A stretch of DNA of 64,000 bases from Verrucomicrobiia bacterium (GCA_963664225.1 OY760937.1:5088001-5152000); one strand, 5' to 3'; shown: positions 19,653 through 30,600, counted from the stretch's first letter. Notes: generated by a model from the letters alone, not told the origin. Made by a program: numbers and translations.

Positions 19653-20804
19653 ATGAATAAATGGTACGTATTCGGTCTGGCCGTGCTGACTTGTCTCTGG
19701 GTGGATGCATCCACGGCGCAGGCTCAAGAGCGAGGATTCAGCGGACTTAATCTGAATTTGGGCAACCTGTATCGCACCTCGAGCGCGAAAACCCGCTCGA
19801 TCAGCCCGGAGAATTTCACGGGCGAAAAAGGGAAGGCGGGGATGTCCACCAATGGTCCGGCCGCAGGCGCCGCCCGGGATTTGGGGCAGGGATGGAAAGT
19901 GTCTCCCTTCGTCGTCATCAAGGGAAAGAGCACGTTCACACTGGCCGAGATCGAAGGGCCTGGAGCGATCCAGCAAATCTGGATGACGCCCACAGGCAAC
20001 TGGCGATATTTCATTTTTCGGTGTTACTGGGATGATGAAACCGAGCCATCGGTGGAGTGCCCGGTGGGCGATTTCTTTGCCAGCGGTTGGGGTTCCTATT
20101 CCCAAGTAACCTCGACGCCCGTGTGTGTGAATCCCGGACGGGCTTTCAATTGTTACTGGCAGATGCCCTTTCACAAAAAGGCGCGCATCACGATGGAGAA
20201 TCTGGAGGACAAGGACACGGTTCTTTATTACCAGATCAATTACACGCTCACGGATGTGCCCAAGGACGCGGCCAATTTCCATGCGCAATTCCGCCGGGTG
20301 AATCCCCTGCCTTACAAGGGGGTCTATACCATTCTGGATGGGGTGAAGGGCGTGGGACAATATGTCGGGACGTATCTCGCGTGGGGTGTGCATAACAACG
20401 GCTGGTGGGGCGAGGGTGAAATCAAATTCTTCATGGACGGGGACCAGGAATTTCCGACGATTTGCGGAACGGGAACGGAGGATTATTTCTGCGGATCCTA
20501 TAATTTCGATGTGAACGGGAAGTACCAGGAATTCACGACGCCGTATTCTGGATTGTCGCAGGTCATCCGCCCGGATGGGGCCTACAACAGCCAGCAACGG
20601 TTCGGTCTGTATCGCTGGCACATCATGGATCCCATCCGGTTCGAGCAGGACCTCAAGGTGACGATTCAAGCCTTGGGCTGGCGCGACGGAGGCCGATATC
20701 TGCCATTACAGGATGACATTGCGTCGGTGGCCTATTGGTATCAGATGGAGCCGCACCAGAAATTCCCGGCGTTGCCCAACAAAGACGGGCTTGAAATCAA
20801 ATAG
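19653..20804 (+). CDS. DUF2961 / glycoside hydrolase family 172 protein
   Basis: SISPENFTGEKG.G, GPG.IQQIW, PSVECPVGDFF, WWGEGE.KFF.DGD, GTGTEDYF, YRWHI.DPI.F; signal peptide. Confidence 0.92.
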   Translation: MNKWYVFGLAVLTCLWVDASTAQAQERGFSGLNLNLGNLYRTSSAKTRSISPENFTGEKGKAGMSTNGPAAGAARDLGQGWKVSPFVVIKGKSTFTLAEIEGPGAIQQIWMTPTGNWRYFIFRCYWDDETEPSVECPVGDFFASGWGSYSQVTSTPVCVNPGRAFNCYWQMPFHKKARITMENLEDKDTVLYYQINYTLTDVPKDAANFHAQFRRVNPLPYKGVYTILDGVKGVGQYVGTYLAWGVHNNGWWGEGEIKFFMDGDQEFPTICGTGTEDYFCGSYNFDVNGKYQEFTTPYSGLSQVIRPDGAYNSQQRFGLYRWHIMDPIRFEQDLKVTIQALGWRDGGRYLPLQDDIASVAYWYQMEPHQKFPALPNKDGLEIK

Positions 20805-21044
20805 GGGTTCGGGATTAGAATGGAATTCCAGCGAAATCACCGCCGAACCGATTGCGGTCGGCGGTGGTTTTCTTGAATGGCCGGGCCTGGAGAGGAGTCG
20901 AATATTGCGATCAACCCCCTCAAAAGAAGAGGAGAGATTGGCAAAAACCGTGGAGTGTGCCAGCATGGGCGGTGTTAGCGTACCATATGGAATGTATTAG
21001 TTCGTGGGGTTGATCCCTTTGCGGACAGTCAGGGTGAAATTAAC

Positions 21045-22106
21045 ATGAAAGAACAAAAACCAGGCGCAGACGAGGCCCGAATAGCCACGCGGCGGAAATT
21101 CCTCACCAGCGGATTGTGTGGGATGTCGCTGTTTGGCGTGGGCGGAGCGTTGGGTTTACTGGCGCCGGAGACTCAGGGTCAGAATGCGCGTCCGAGCGGC
21201 CGGAAACTAGGCGCGGAGTTTTCCTATGATGTGAGTGGCTTGGGGAAGATCGATCCCAAATTGATCCAATACGAATTGGCGGCCAAGGTCACTTCGGGTT
21301 TCAAGACCATCGAGGGGATGGCCGTGGATGCCGAGGATCGCATTTGGATTGCGAGCATTGGCGCGGTGAAGGGATTCAATAAAACCGGAACGCTGGAGCG
21401 GGAATTGTCCGTTGCGGGGAAGGTGAGCTGCCTCGAAGATGGACCTGACCACCGACTCTACGTGGGGTATGAGGACCATGTGGAAGTGGTCGGACCTGAG
21501 GGGAAGGTCGAGATGCGCTGGGAAAGTCCCGCGCCCAAAGCGGTGCTGACCTCCATTAGTGCAGGGTCAAAGGATGTCTTTGTGGCCGATGCCGGAAATC
21601 GCGTCGTCTGGCGGTACGATCTTGCCGGAAAATTAACCGGATCGATCGGCAAAAAGGAGTCGGGCAAGAATTTTCATCGTTTTGTCGTGCCCAGCCCATT
21701 CTTCGATGTGCAGTTTGGTCATGAGTGTCTGGTCTGGGTGGTTAATCCGGGCGAGCATTTGGTCGAGGCGTTTACATTGGATGGCGAAAAGGAAACGGGC
21801 TGGGGCGAGACCTCCACGGCAGTTCAGGGATTTTGTGGATGCTGCAATCCGGTGCATTTTGCGTTCCTGCCTGATGGACGTGTCGTGACGAGCGAGAAGG
21901 GGATTCCAAGGGTCAAAGTGTATTCCAGCCAGGGCAAATTTGAATGTGTTGTGGCCGGACCTGAAAGCTTCCCGAGGCATTTTAATAATCCCGGCGCAAA
22001 AGTGGCGGGGCTTGGAGTGGCCACGGATTCACAGGGGCGCGTCGTGGTGGCGGACACCTTGACGGGGGACGTCTTAATATTTATGCATAGCGCCAATAAA
22101 GTATGA
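21045..22106 (+). CDS. Tat-signal NHL/beta-propeller protein with FCGCCNP motif
   Basis: TRRKFL plus hydrophobic stretch; NHL-like VFVADAGNR, FVVPSPFFD, GFCGCCNPVH, VTSEKG..RVKVY. Confidence 0.8.
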   Translation: MKEQKPGADEARIATRRKFLTSGLCGMSLFGVGGALGLLAPETQGQNARPSGRKLGAEFSYDVSGLGKIDPKLIQYELAAKVTSGFKTIEGMAVDAEDRIWIASIGAVKGFNKTGTLERELSVAGKVSCLEDGPDHRLYVGYEDHVEVVGPEGKVEMRWESPAPKAVLTSISAGSKDVFVADAGNRVVWRYDLAGKLTGSIGKKESGKNFHRFVVPSPFFDVQFGHECLVWVVNPGEHLVEAFTLDGEKETGWGETSTAVQGFCGCCNPVHFAFLPDGRVVTSEKGIPRVKVYSSQGKFECVVAGPESFPRHFNNPGAKVAGLGVATDSQGRVVVADTLTGDVLIFMHSANKV

Positions 22107-22351
22107 AATCGGGCCCGGAAAATTTACTGAACGAGGCGCACAACCGGCGGGAATTCTTCCGCAGGATCATACGGTATCCCGCCGCGATTGCTTTGGTGGC
22201 CATCGGCGGCGGCCTGGAGATGAGGTCGATTAAAATGGCGGGGCAGGGGCAATGCTCCCGAGGATCCTTGTGCGGGGGGTGCCTGCTGCTTACGGATTGC
22301 GAATTGCCGCAGGCGGTTCAAACGCGTGGCACAAACAAAACGGTCCGGTGA
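22103..22351 (+). CDS. Small Cys-rich protein with twin-arginine-like N-terminus
   Basis: ATGA overlap with the upstream gene; NRREFF, hydrophobic helix, then C-x5-C-x2-C-x5-C. Confidence 0.65.
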   Translation: MKSGPENLLNEAHNRREFFRRIIRYPAAIALVAIGGGLEMRSIKMAGQGQCSRGSLCGGCLLLTDCELPQAVQTRGTNKTVR

Positions 22352-22355
22352 TATT

Positions 22356-22925
22356 ATGGCTGAAAAAGTAACATCCCCGGCACGGCGGCGTTTCCTAGGT
22401 GATGGATTGCGCGGCGCCCTGTTGTTCTTATTTGGAGCAGCCACAACGCTGGTGGCCCGCCATAGCCGGGTGCAGAAGACCGTCTGGCAAATCGATCCCG
22501 CGAAATGCGTGCAGTGCACCAATTGCGCCACGCAGTGCGTGCTGGATCAATCCGCCGTCAAATGCGTTCAGGTTTATGGGATCTGCGGCTATTGCAAGTT
22601 GTGCACGGGGTACTTCGAGCCGGAACCCAACGGACTGAACACTGCGGCGGAAAATCAACTTTGTCCCACGGGCGCCATCAAGCGCAAGGCTCTCGAAGAT
22701 CCCTATTACGAATACACGATTGATGAGCCGCTTTGCATCGGCTGCGCGAAGTGCGTCAAAGGGTGCGTTCTTTTCGGAAACGGATCGTTTTTCCTTCAAG
22801 TGCGTCATGATCGTTGTTTGAACTGCAACGAATGCTCCATCGCCAGGGTATGTCCCGGCCAGGCGTTCAAGCGGGTGCCAGCGAGCCAGCCATATCTCTT
22901 CAAAGACCGGGAGCATCAGGCATGA
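22356..22925 (+). CDS. Tat-signal multi-[4Fe-4S] ferredoxin
   Basis: ARRRFL; CVQCTNCATQC, CGYCKLC, CPTGAI, CIGCAKCVKGC, CLNCNEC...CP. Confidence 0.88.
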   Translation: MAEKVTSPARRRFLGDGLRGALLFLFGAATTLVARHSRVQKTVWQIDPAKCVQCTNCATQCVLDQSAVKCVQVYGICGYCKLCTGYFEPEPNGLNTAAENQLCPTGAIKRKALEDPYYEYTIDEPLCIGCAKCVKGCVLFGNGSFFLQVRHDRCLNCNECSIARVCPGQAFKRVPASQPYLFKDREHQA

Positions 22926-24283
22926 AATATTTGAGCAGGATCTTTTTTCACCAACAAGACAGGTTTGAAAAAGTGCGACGGTTTGCGCCCATGCTTCTTT
23001 GCCTGGTGACCTTCGGCTGGCTATTAATGGCTGCGGTGAGCGTTTCCGGTGTGGAGCGATTTCCGCCACCGGATTTCGATGCGGGCTATAAGATGCCGAC
23101 CACCACGGCGCCTGTGCCGCGCGCGGCCTGGCTGGAGTATCTGGATGTCCTTGTGCTGATTGGATCCCTGGCGACCGCAGCCTGGTTTGTCCTGGGGAAA
23201 AAGTCCCGAAAACACATTCTTGGGCTGACGATATTTTCCGCGCTCTATTTTGGTTTCTATCGAAAAGGCTGCGTTTGTTCCGTGGGTTCACTTCAAGACG
23301 TCACACTGGCATTATTCAATAATGGATACACAGTGCCATTATCCGTGCTGGCTTTCTTTTTGCTGCCGCTGATGTTTGCGTTGGTGTTCGGACGCGTGTT
23401 TTGCTCGGGCGTTTGCCCACTGGGGGCCATTCAGGATTTGTTTCTCATTCGGGCCATCAAAGTCCCGAAGTGGCTGGAACACGGTTTGAGCGTGATTCCT
23501 TTTGTCTATCTGGGATTGGCCGTGTTGCTGGCCGCCACGGGCAGCGTGTTCATCATCTGCCAATATGACCCTTTCATTGCGTTCTATCGACGCACCGGCA
23601 GTGCGACCATGTTTGGAGCAGGTGCTCTTTTTCTGCTGGTGGGTTTGGTGGTTGGGCGGCCGTATTGCCGGTTTTTGTGTCCCTACGGCGCGTTGCTCAG
23701 TCTGGTATCGCGCGTTTCCAAGTGGAACGTTGTTCTTTCGCCCAACGACTGCCTGCAGTGTCAGATTTGCGAAGTGGCCTGTCCCTACGGAGCGATTGCC
23801 GAGCCTGGAGCCGGGGCGAAGCCGAAAAAGGGAATGGGTCGTTTTGTTGCACTGGCTTTGCTGCCGGTTTGGATCATTGCAGGGGCGTTTGTGGGGCATA
23901 TGTCGGCGGCGCCCCTTTCCAAATTGCATCCAGTGGTGGCTTTGGCCGAACGGGTGACTGCTGAGGATGCGGGCCAATTCAAGGAGCCAACCGATGCCAG
24001 CAAGGCGTTCCGGCAAACAGGGCGCTCGACGGAGGAATTGACGGCCGACGCATTGAGTATTCGCAATAAATTTCTATTGGGCGGCTGGATTTTGGGCGGT
24101 TTTGCAGGGCTTGTTTTTGCGGGGAAATTTGCGTCGCCCTGGTTTCCTTCTGCGCGCACGGTTTATGAGCCGGATCCAAGCGCCTGCGTCTCCTGCGGCC
24201 GGTGCTATAGCTATTGTCCACGAGTCATTTCACAACTGAAGAAAGCGCACTGCAATTGCGCGGTGCCGGAGATGAAGGCCTGA
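22922..24283 (+). CDS. NapH/MauN-like polytopic 4Fe-4S binding membrane protein
   Basis: Multiple hydrophobic helices; GCVCSVG, GRVFCSGVCPLG, RPYCRFLCPYG, CLQCQICEVACP, CVSCGRCYSYCP; ATGA overlap at 22922. Confidence 0.88.
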   Translation: MKYLSRIFFHQQDRFEKVRRFAPMLLCLVTFGWLLMAAVSVSGVERFPPPDFDAGYKMPTTTAPVPRAAWLEYLDVLVLIGSLATAAWFVLGKKSRKHILGLTIFSALYFGFYRKGCVCSVGSLQDVTLALFNNGYTVPLSVLAFFLLPLMFALVFGRVFCSGVCPLGAIQDLFLIRAIKVPKWLEHGLSVIPFVYLGLAVLLAATGSVFIICQYDPFIAFYRRTGSATMFGAGALFLLVGLVVGRPYCRFLCPYGALLSLVSRVSKWNVVLSPNDCLQCQICEVACPYGAIAEPGAGAKPKKGMGRFVALALLPVWIIAGAFVGHMSAAPLSKLHPVVALAERVTAEDAGQFKEPTDASKAFRQTGRSTEELTADALSIRNKFLLGGWILGGFAGLVFAGKFASPWFPSARTVYEPDPSACVSCGRCYSYCPRVISQLKKAHCNCAVPEMKA

Positions 24284-24285
24284 TT

Positions 24286-26088
24286 ATGGCAATTCCAAAT
24301 AATTTGAACTCCACGCAACCGTCTTCGCTGGAAATTTCGCCCGAGAAGGAATTGGGAAAGCGGATTGCCGTTGTCTCGTTTGTTTTTTGCCTGGTGCTGA
24401 GCGTGTTTTTGGTCGCGAACCACTTCGCAGGCAAGGCGGCGGATCCGATTCAATCGCCCAAGCTCACCGCGCTGAAAGCCGAGTTGGTCAAGCAGCCTAA
24501 AAACGATGCGCTCAAAAAGGAGATTCGGGCGCTGGACCTGGATTTGCGGCGCAAACTGGACCGGCATCTGGCATTGGAAACCACGGGCGCCTGGATGCTG
24601 GCGGGAGGTTTGGCGTTGTTTCTAATTTCGATCAAGACCGCAGCATTCCGGAAAAAACTGCCACGTCCCCCCAAAAAGGTATCCGGTCTTTCCACTGAGA
24701 GCAGGGCCATGATCCAATCGAGCGTTGCGGCGGGCGCCGTCGGCGTGGTGCTTCTGGGTATTGGATGGATTTGGACCCAACAATCTCCGACTTTGCTGGT
24801 GGCTCAAAAAACCAGCACAAATGCGCTTGCAGCCGTGGTCGCTGCAGCGGTCCCCATGCCAACGACGCCGTTTCCCGACGCGGCGGAACTTAAAGGGCAA
24901 TGGCCTCGTTTTCGCGGGCCCGACGGCTCCGGGATTTCGGCCTTTTCCAACGCGCCGGTGCAATGGAATGGGACCAACGCGGAGGGTGTGCTTTGGAAAG
25001 TGAAGACCCCGATCTCGGGTCCGAACTCGCCCGTGATATGGGGTGACAAACTTTTCTGCACGGGAGCAACGGCACAAAAGCGCGAGGTGTATTGTTATGA
25101 TGCGTTGACCGGAAAACTTCTCTGGCAAAAGGCGGTAACGCCTGCGCCTGGCGCGCCGACGGAGCCGCCAACGGTCATGGAGGACTCGGGTGGTTATGCG
25201 GCTTCCACAGCGGCCACGGATGGACGCCGGGTCTATGCCATTTTTGCCAACGCGGATGTGGCTGCGTTCGATTACCAGGGCAACCAGGTTTGGGGAACGA
25301 ACATGGGCAAAATGGATAATAGTTACGGTTATGCCACCTCCCTGATTCTTTACCAAAACAGGCTGCTCATCCAAAACGACCAGGGAGCTGCCAAGGACGG
25401 TAAATCCAAGCTGATCGCCCTGGATACCGCCACTGGAAAAATGGTTTGGGAAACCCAGCCGCGGCCTGTTCCAAATTCGTGGTCCACGCCGTTGGTCATC
25501 AACGCGGCACAAAAGGACCAGGTCATTACGTGCGGGAATCCCTGGGTCATCTCGTATGATGCGTCGAATGGAACCGAGCTTTGGCGCGCCCAGGCCCTGT
25601 ATGGTGAAGTCACCCCGTCGCCGATCTTTAACGATGGGATTGTCTATACCGCCATGGATGGGGAAAACCTGTCCGCCATCAAGACCGATGGCACCGGCGA
25701 TGTGACCAAGACGCATATTGCATGGAAGGCAGACGAGGGCTTGCCCGATATCGTCAGCCCTTTCTGTGACGGGAAACGGGTTTACGTGGTCAGCTCCGGC
25801 GGCACCGTGACCTGTTACAATGCCAAAGATGGAAAGAAGCTTTGGAACAAGGAGTTTGAAGTTACTTACAAATCGTCACCGGCAATGTCTGGCGACCGGG
25901 TTTACCTGTTTAACGACAAGGGTGAGTGCGTCATCATTCAAGCGGCGGACGAATACAAGGAAATCGCACGACCGGGCCTGGGCGAAGAAATCCTCTCCTC
26001 GCCGTCCTTTGCAGATGGGCGGCTCTATATCCGGGGCAAAACCAATCTATTCTGCCTGGGCACAAAACTGACCGCAGCGGCGAAGTAG
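24286..26088 (+). CDS. Membrane-anchored PQQ-like (BamB-type) beta-propeller protein
   Basis: Three N-terminal hydrophobic segments with a helical linker; WPRFRGPDGSG, then repeated D..TGK..W blades and SP motifs. Confidence 0.88.
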   Translation: MAIPNNLNSTQPSSLEISPEKELGKRIAVVSFVFCLVLSVFLVANHFAGKAADPIQSPKLTALKAELVKQPKNDALKKEIRALDLDLRRKLDRHLALETTGAWMLAGGLALFLISIKTAAFRKKLPRPPKKVSGLSTESRAMIQSSVAAGAVGVVLLGIGWIWTQQSPTLLVAQKTSTNALAAVVAAAVPMPTTPFPDAAELKGQWPRFRGPDGSGISAFSNAPVQWNGTNAEGVLWKVKTPISGPNSPVIWGDKLFCTGATAQKREVYCYDALTGKLLWQKAVTPAPGAPTEPPTVMEDSGGYAASTAATDGRRVYAIFANADVAAFDYQGNQVWGTNMGKMDNSYGYATSLILYQNRLLIQNDQGAAKDGKSKLIALDTATGKMVWETQPRPVPNSWSTPLVINAAQKDQVITCGNPWVISYDASNGTELWRAQALYGEVTPSPIFNDGIVYTAMDGENLSAIKTDGTGDVTKTHIAWKADEGLPDIVSPFCDGKRVYVVSSGGTVTCYNAKDGKKLWNKEFEVTYKSSPAMSGDRVYLFNDKGECVIIQAADEYKEIARPGLGEEILSSPSFADGRLYIRGKTNLFCLGTKLTAAAK

Positions 26089-26110
26089 TGTAGGACAGAA
26101 AAGAATTCGG

Positions 26111-26169
26111 AATTCCGGCCGGGCTGCGTTTCAACGTTTCAACGTCTGGATTGCAACCCAGCCGGAATT
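26111..26169. terminator. Long imperfect hairpin between convergent genes
   Basis: AATTCCGGC...GCCGGAATT outer stem; the loop region contains TTTCAACG twice. Confidence 0.4.
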
Positions 26170-26194
26170 GAAAAGCTCAATATCCTTCGGTCGA

Positions 26195-27514
26195 TTACAG
26201 CAATTGCGTCTTGCCTGGAATATAGACCGGATAACTGCCATCAGGGCCGGGCTTGACGGGAGGTTCCATGCCATCGTGACAATCCTCAGGACGCGGAGCG
26301 AAACTGAAGTCCGAGTTGGAAATCTGGTCCCAGGTCACTTCCTTGCCGGTGTAGCAGGATATCTGACCCATGATGCCCATGAGCGTGCTATGCGCCATGT
26401 AATCGCCATTATTGATGGGGTTTCCAGAGCGGATCGCCGCAAAAAGCCGGTCATGCTCGATTTGATAGGGATCGGCCTTGCCTTCCCAGGCCCAGTTTTT
26501 CGCACCCCAGATGCGGGAGCCCATGATCGAGGCCTTGCCTTTGGAGCCCAGGACGATGCTGGAGTATTCGTCGTAGCAGCCGGTGGTGGTCCGGCAAAAG
26601 GCGTATAAACGGACGCCATTGGCAAATTCGTAGATGGCGGAATGGTGGTCGAACACGTTGCCGTATAGATCCTCAGTCATGGTGGAGCGTCCTCCCAGAC
26701 CGTGGCATTTGACGGGCACGGCTTCCTTCATGGCCCATCGTGCGCGATCCAGATTGTGCACGAGCGACTGCACCACATCGTCGCCGGAGAGCCATGTGAA
26801 GTGGTATTGCGTGCTGCATTGGTATTCGAGTTCGCTCAGGCCGGCCTTGCGATCCTGGACGCCGTAGGGCGCGCGAAGGAAGTTCTCCTCGATGGAAATG
26901 ATCTCCCCGATTTCGCCATCCTGAATGCGTTGGACGGTTTCCGCGTAGCCGGGATGATAACGGCTGTGAAGGCCTGACACGATGCAGAGCTTCTTTTGTT
27001 TGGCCAGTTCACAGGCGGCCTTGAGGGTCTTAATGCCCGCCGGGTCGATGCCATGGGGTTTTTCAACAAAAACATGTTTGCCGGCCTCGATGGCGGCTTT
27101 GGCGTGGAATGGATGAAATTTTGCCGCGTTGGCGATCAGGACGACGTCTGATGACTCGATGACTTTCTTGTAACCATCGAAACCGGGGAAACAATGGTCA
27201 TCATCGACTGCCATCTGGCCGGGCTTGTTTTTCTTCACGTTCTCGCGCTGGGCCTGGATGCGGTCCATGAAGATGTCGCACATGGCGACCAGCTTTGCGC
27301 CCGGGTCGGCGGTCAATGCCTGCAGGATCGCGCCGCCATTGCGTCCGCCGCAGCCGATCATCCCCACACGCAGGGTATCGTTGCCGGCGGCATGGGCGTC
27401 CTGGCTGATATCCAGATGGCCGACTGCAGCCGCAGATGCGAGCAGGGCGGAAGTTTTGAGGAAATTGCGGCGAGTCGCCTGCCGCCCAATGGTTGAGTGG
27501 GGTTGGTTGTTCAT
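26195..27514 (-). CDS. Tat-exported Gfo/Idh/MocA family oxidoreductase
   Basis: TRRNFLK, IGCGGRNGGA, GKHVFVEKP, W..LSGD.....VHNLD. Confidence 0.92.
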   Translation of the reverse strand: MNNQPHSTIGRQATRRNFLKTSALLASAAAVGHLDISQDAHAAGNDTLRVGMIGCGGRNGGAILQALTADPGAKLVAMCDIFMDRIQAQRENVKKNKPGQMAVDDDHCFPGFDGYKKVIESSDVVLIANAAKFHPFHAKAAIEAGKHVFVEKPHGIDPAGIKTLKAACELAKQKKLCIVSGLHSRYHPGYAETVQRIQDGEIGEIISIEENFLRAPYGVQDRKAGLSELEYQCSTQYHFTWLSGDDVVQSLVHNLDRARWAMKEAVPVKCHGLGGRSTMTEDLYGNVFDHHSAIYEFANGVRLYAFCRTTTGCYDEYSSIVLGSKGKASIMGSRIWGAKNWAWEGKADPYQIEHDRLFAAIRSGNPINNGDYMAHSTLMGIMGQISCYTGKEVTWDQISNSDFSFAPRPEDCHDGMEPPVKPGPDGSYPVYIPGKTQLL

Positions 27515-27641
27515 AATGCTGGAGACGGGAAAAACTCTGCAAATACGCCGGGCGGGAGTCAAGACATCCGATAGGGAGAATACGCCGTGGAAGATTTCAA
27601 GGATTGAACCCCAATGAAATGATCAGTAGGTTTATTTGCAT

Positions 27642-30600
27642 ATGCACGTTGATTTCCAAAAACACTTCGGAAGAAGTGTCGCTTGTTTGTGCTTCCTTGT
27701 TTGCATGGCCGGGATTGCCGGCACGTCGATGGCGCAAAACGTGACCATCAGCGAGTTCATGGCTCTGAATACTTCCACTTTGAAGGATGAGGATGGGGCC
27801 TACTCCGACTGGCTGGAACTGGCCAACAGCGATTCGCAGTCGATCGATTTGCAGGGCTGGTACCTAACGGATGACAGGGCGGTTCTGACCAAATGGTCGT
27901 TCCCAAAGAGAGTTTTGAAAGCGGGCGAATATTTGGTGGTCTTTGCCTCGGGCAAGGACCGGACGGCGGAGACGGGCAATCTGCACACCAATTTCCGGCT
28001 CAACGGCAGTGGAGGGTATCTGGCGTTGGTGGAACCCGATGGCCGGACCGTGCATAGCGAATATGCGCCTTATCCGGCGCAAAAAGCGGATTATTCGTAT
28101 GGGGCGCGATTTACTCAGAACGTCAATACGCTGATTGGAGAAGGAGCGCTGGCGAACATACTCATTCCGACAAACAGCATCGAGGGTTCGAATTGGACCG
28201 GTGGGCAGGAGCCTTTCAACGATTCTGGATGGATGACGGGCCTGAATGGGATTGGCTATCAAACGAGGGTGGAGGGTTTCAATGTGACCTGCATCAAAGC
28301 CAACAACCTGGTCGAGGATATTGGGATGGCGGAGGAGGTGCTGGCAACGCCAACGCTGCAAGCGAGTGTGGCCACTGAGAGCATTGGGGTCATCGATTAT
28401 ATAAATACAACCGACACGGGCCATTATTCGGTGGACCGTCCGTTCCCTGGAACAATCTCCGGGGTGGAATCCGATGATTTCGTGGTGTTGGCCACGGCTC
28501 AAGTCACCATACCTGCAGCCGGGGATAGGACATTTGGAGTCACAAGCGATGACGGATTTGCCCTTCAAATATCACGAGGCACCAATCAGTTTAATTCCAG
28601 TTATCCAAGCCCGAGAGGGATGACCGACACGCTGGCTACATTCACATTTCCTGAAGCGGGCGAGTATGACTTGCGACTCTCCTTCTATCAGCGGGGTGGG
28701 GGCGCGGGATTGGAATTGTTCGCCGCCGGTGGGGCGTGGGATGCCTGGGATTCCACGAATTTTCACCTGGTGGGAGATGTTGCGGCAGGAGGGCTTACGG
28801 TACGTTCACTGCCCGCTTCGGGCCTGTCGGGTTTGAGCATTTCTGACTTCATCCAGACCGATTTGAGCGCCGCCATGGAGAACCGGGCTCCCGGGGCCTA
28901 TATGAGGATTCCATTCAGCGTCCAGGATTTGGCAACCTTCGGGCCATTGTTTTTGGAAATGCGCTATAACGACGGATTCGTTGCGTATCTCAACGGGACA
29001 GAAATCGCGCGACGGAATGCCCCGGATGCGGTTGCGTTCGATTCCACCGCGGTGACCAATCGCGCAACGAAATTTGTGCTTGAGGCTGAGCGCATCAATA
29101 TCTCCTCGTTCGAAAGCGTGCTGAAGCCTGGCACGAACATCCTGGCGATTCACGGTCTGAATGATCTTGTGAACAGCCCCGATTTCCTGCAAAACGCGGT
29201 CCTGGAGAGTGTGGAGGCGACCTCCAGTGAGGCGGGATTTTTCTATAAGGCGACCCCGGGCGGTCCCAACACGACCAACTTCATGGGCTTCGTGGATGCG
29301 CCTCAATTCAGCGTGTGGCGCGGGTTCTTCCAGTCGCCCTTTGATTTAACGCTGAATTGCGCCACGCCCGACGCAACCATTCGTTACACGACAAATGGGA
29401 GCGCGCCGACGGCGACAAATGGCCTGATTTATGCGAATCCAATTCCGGTCACCCACACGATGGTGGTGCGCGCGGCTGCATTCAAGACGAACTGGAACAC
29501 ATCCCGCATCGAAACGCATACCTACATTTTTCTCGATGACGTCATCAAGCAAACCTACCAAAGTAACATCGCCGCAGGGTTTCCGTCCTCGTGGAATGGC
29601 GTGACGCCCGATTACGGCATGGACCAGCGCGTGGTGGCTCAAAATGGAACGGACCGCTATGGAGGTAAATATGCGCGCGAAATAAAGGACGATTTAAAAG
29701 CAATCCCCACGATGTCCATCGTGATGAATGTGCAGGACATGTTTGGGCCCAATGGAATTTATTCCAATCCATTGAATCGGGGCGCGGCTTGGGAACGCCC
29801 GATTTCGGTCGAACTCATCAATGGCGACGGCGGTGGCGGATTCCAGGAGAACGCCGGTCTGAGTGCTCAAGGCGGGGCGTTCCGCGGATTTAACTTGACG
29901 CCCAAGAAGTCGTTCAGGCTTGTGTTCAAATCCATGTATGGCGCGGGAAAGCTGCACTATCCGTTTTTCGGCCCCAACGCGACGGATCAAATCGACAGCC
30001 TGACCTTGCGGGCTAATAATAACGACGGTTATCAATGGGACTCCGCTGCCGGCAAGGCGCTGTATATCCGGGACGCCTTCGCGCACACGACCGCGGGGGA
30101 AATGGGAATGGTGGCCGCGCACACGACCTACGTGCATCTTTACATCAATGGTTTTTACTGGGGCCTGTACAACCCCGTGGAGCGGCCGGACGCGGCATTT
30201 GCCTCAACTTATATGGGGGGGCAAAAAGAGAACTGGGACGCAATCAACCAGGATTCCGCGCCGGATGGGAATTACGACGCGTGGAACCGGATGCTGGCCA
30301 TTGCGAACAGCGGTCTGCTCAACAAAACGAACTACCAGCGGATTCAAGGAAACAATCCTGATGGCACGCGCAATCCAGCTTACGAAAACCTGTTGAATGT
30401 GGACAACCTGATTGATTACATGATCATCAATTTGTACGGAGGCAACATGGATTGGCCCTGGCGCAACTGGTATGCGGCCCGCGACCGGACCGGCAGCGAA
30501 GGCTTCCGGTTTTTCCCATGGGATACCGAGGCCACAATGGATTTGTTTGGCGCGGACATTAATATCGATCGCACCTCGGTTTCCGGAAACGTTACCACGC

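Noticed and set aside
24286..26088. Calling the propeller protein BamB or a PQQ dehydrogenase
   Set aside because: It has TM anchors rather than a lipobox, and no catalytic PQQ-enzyme residues could be identified; this repeat family is broadly expanded in PVC genomes.
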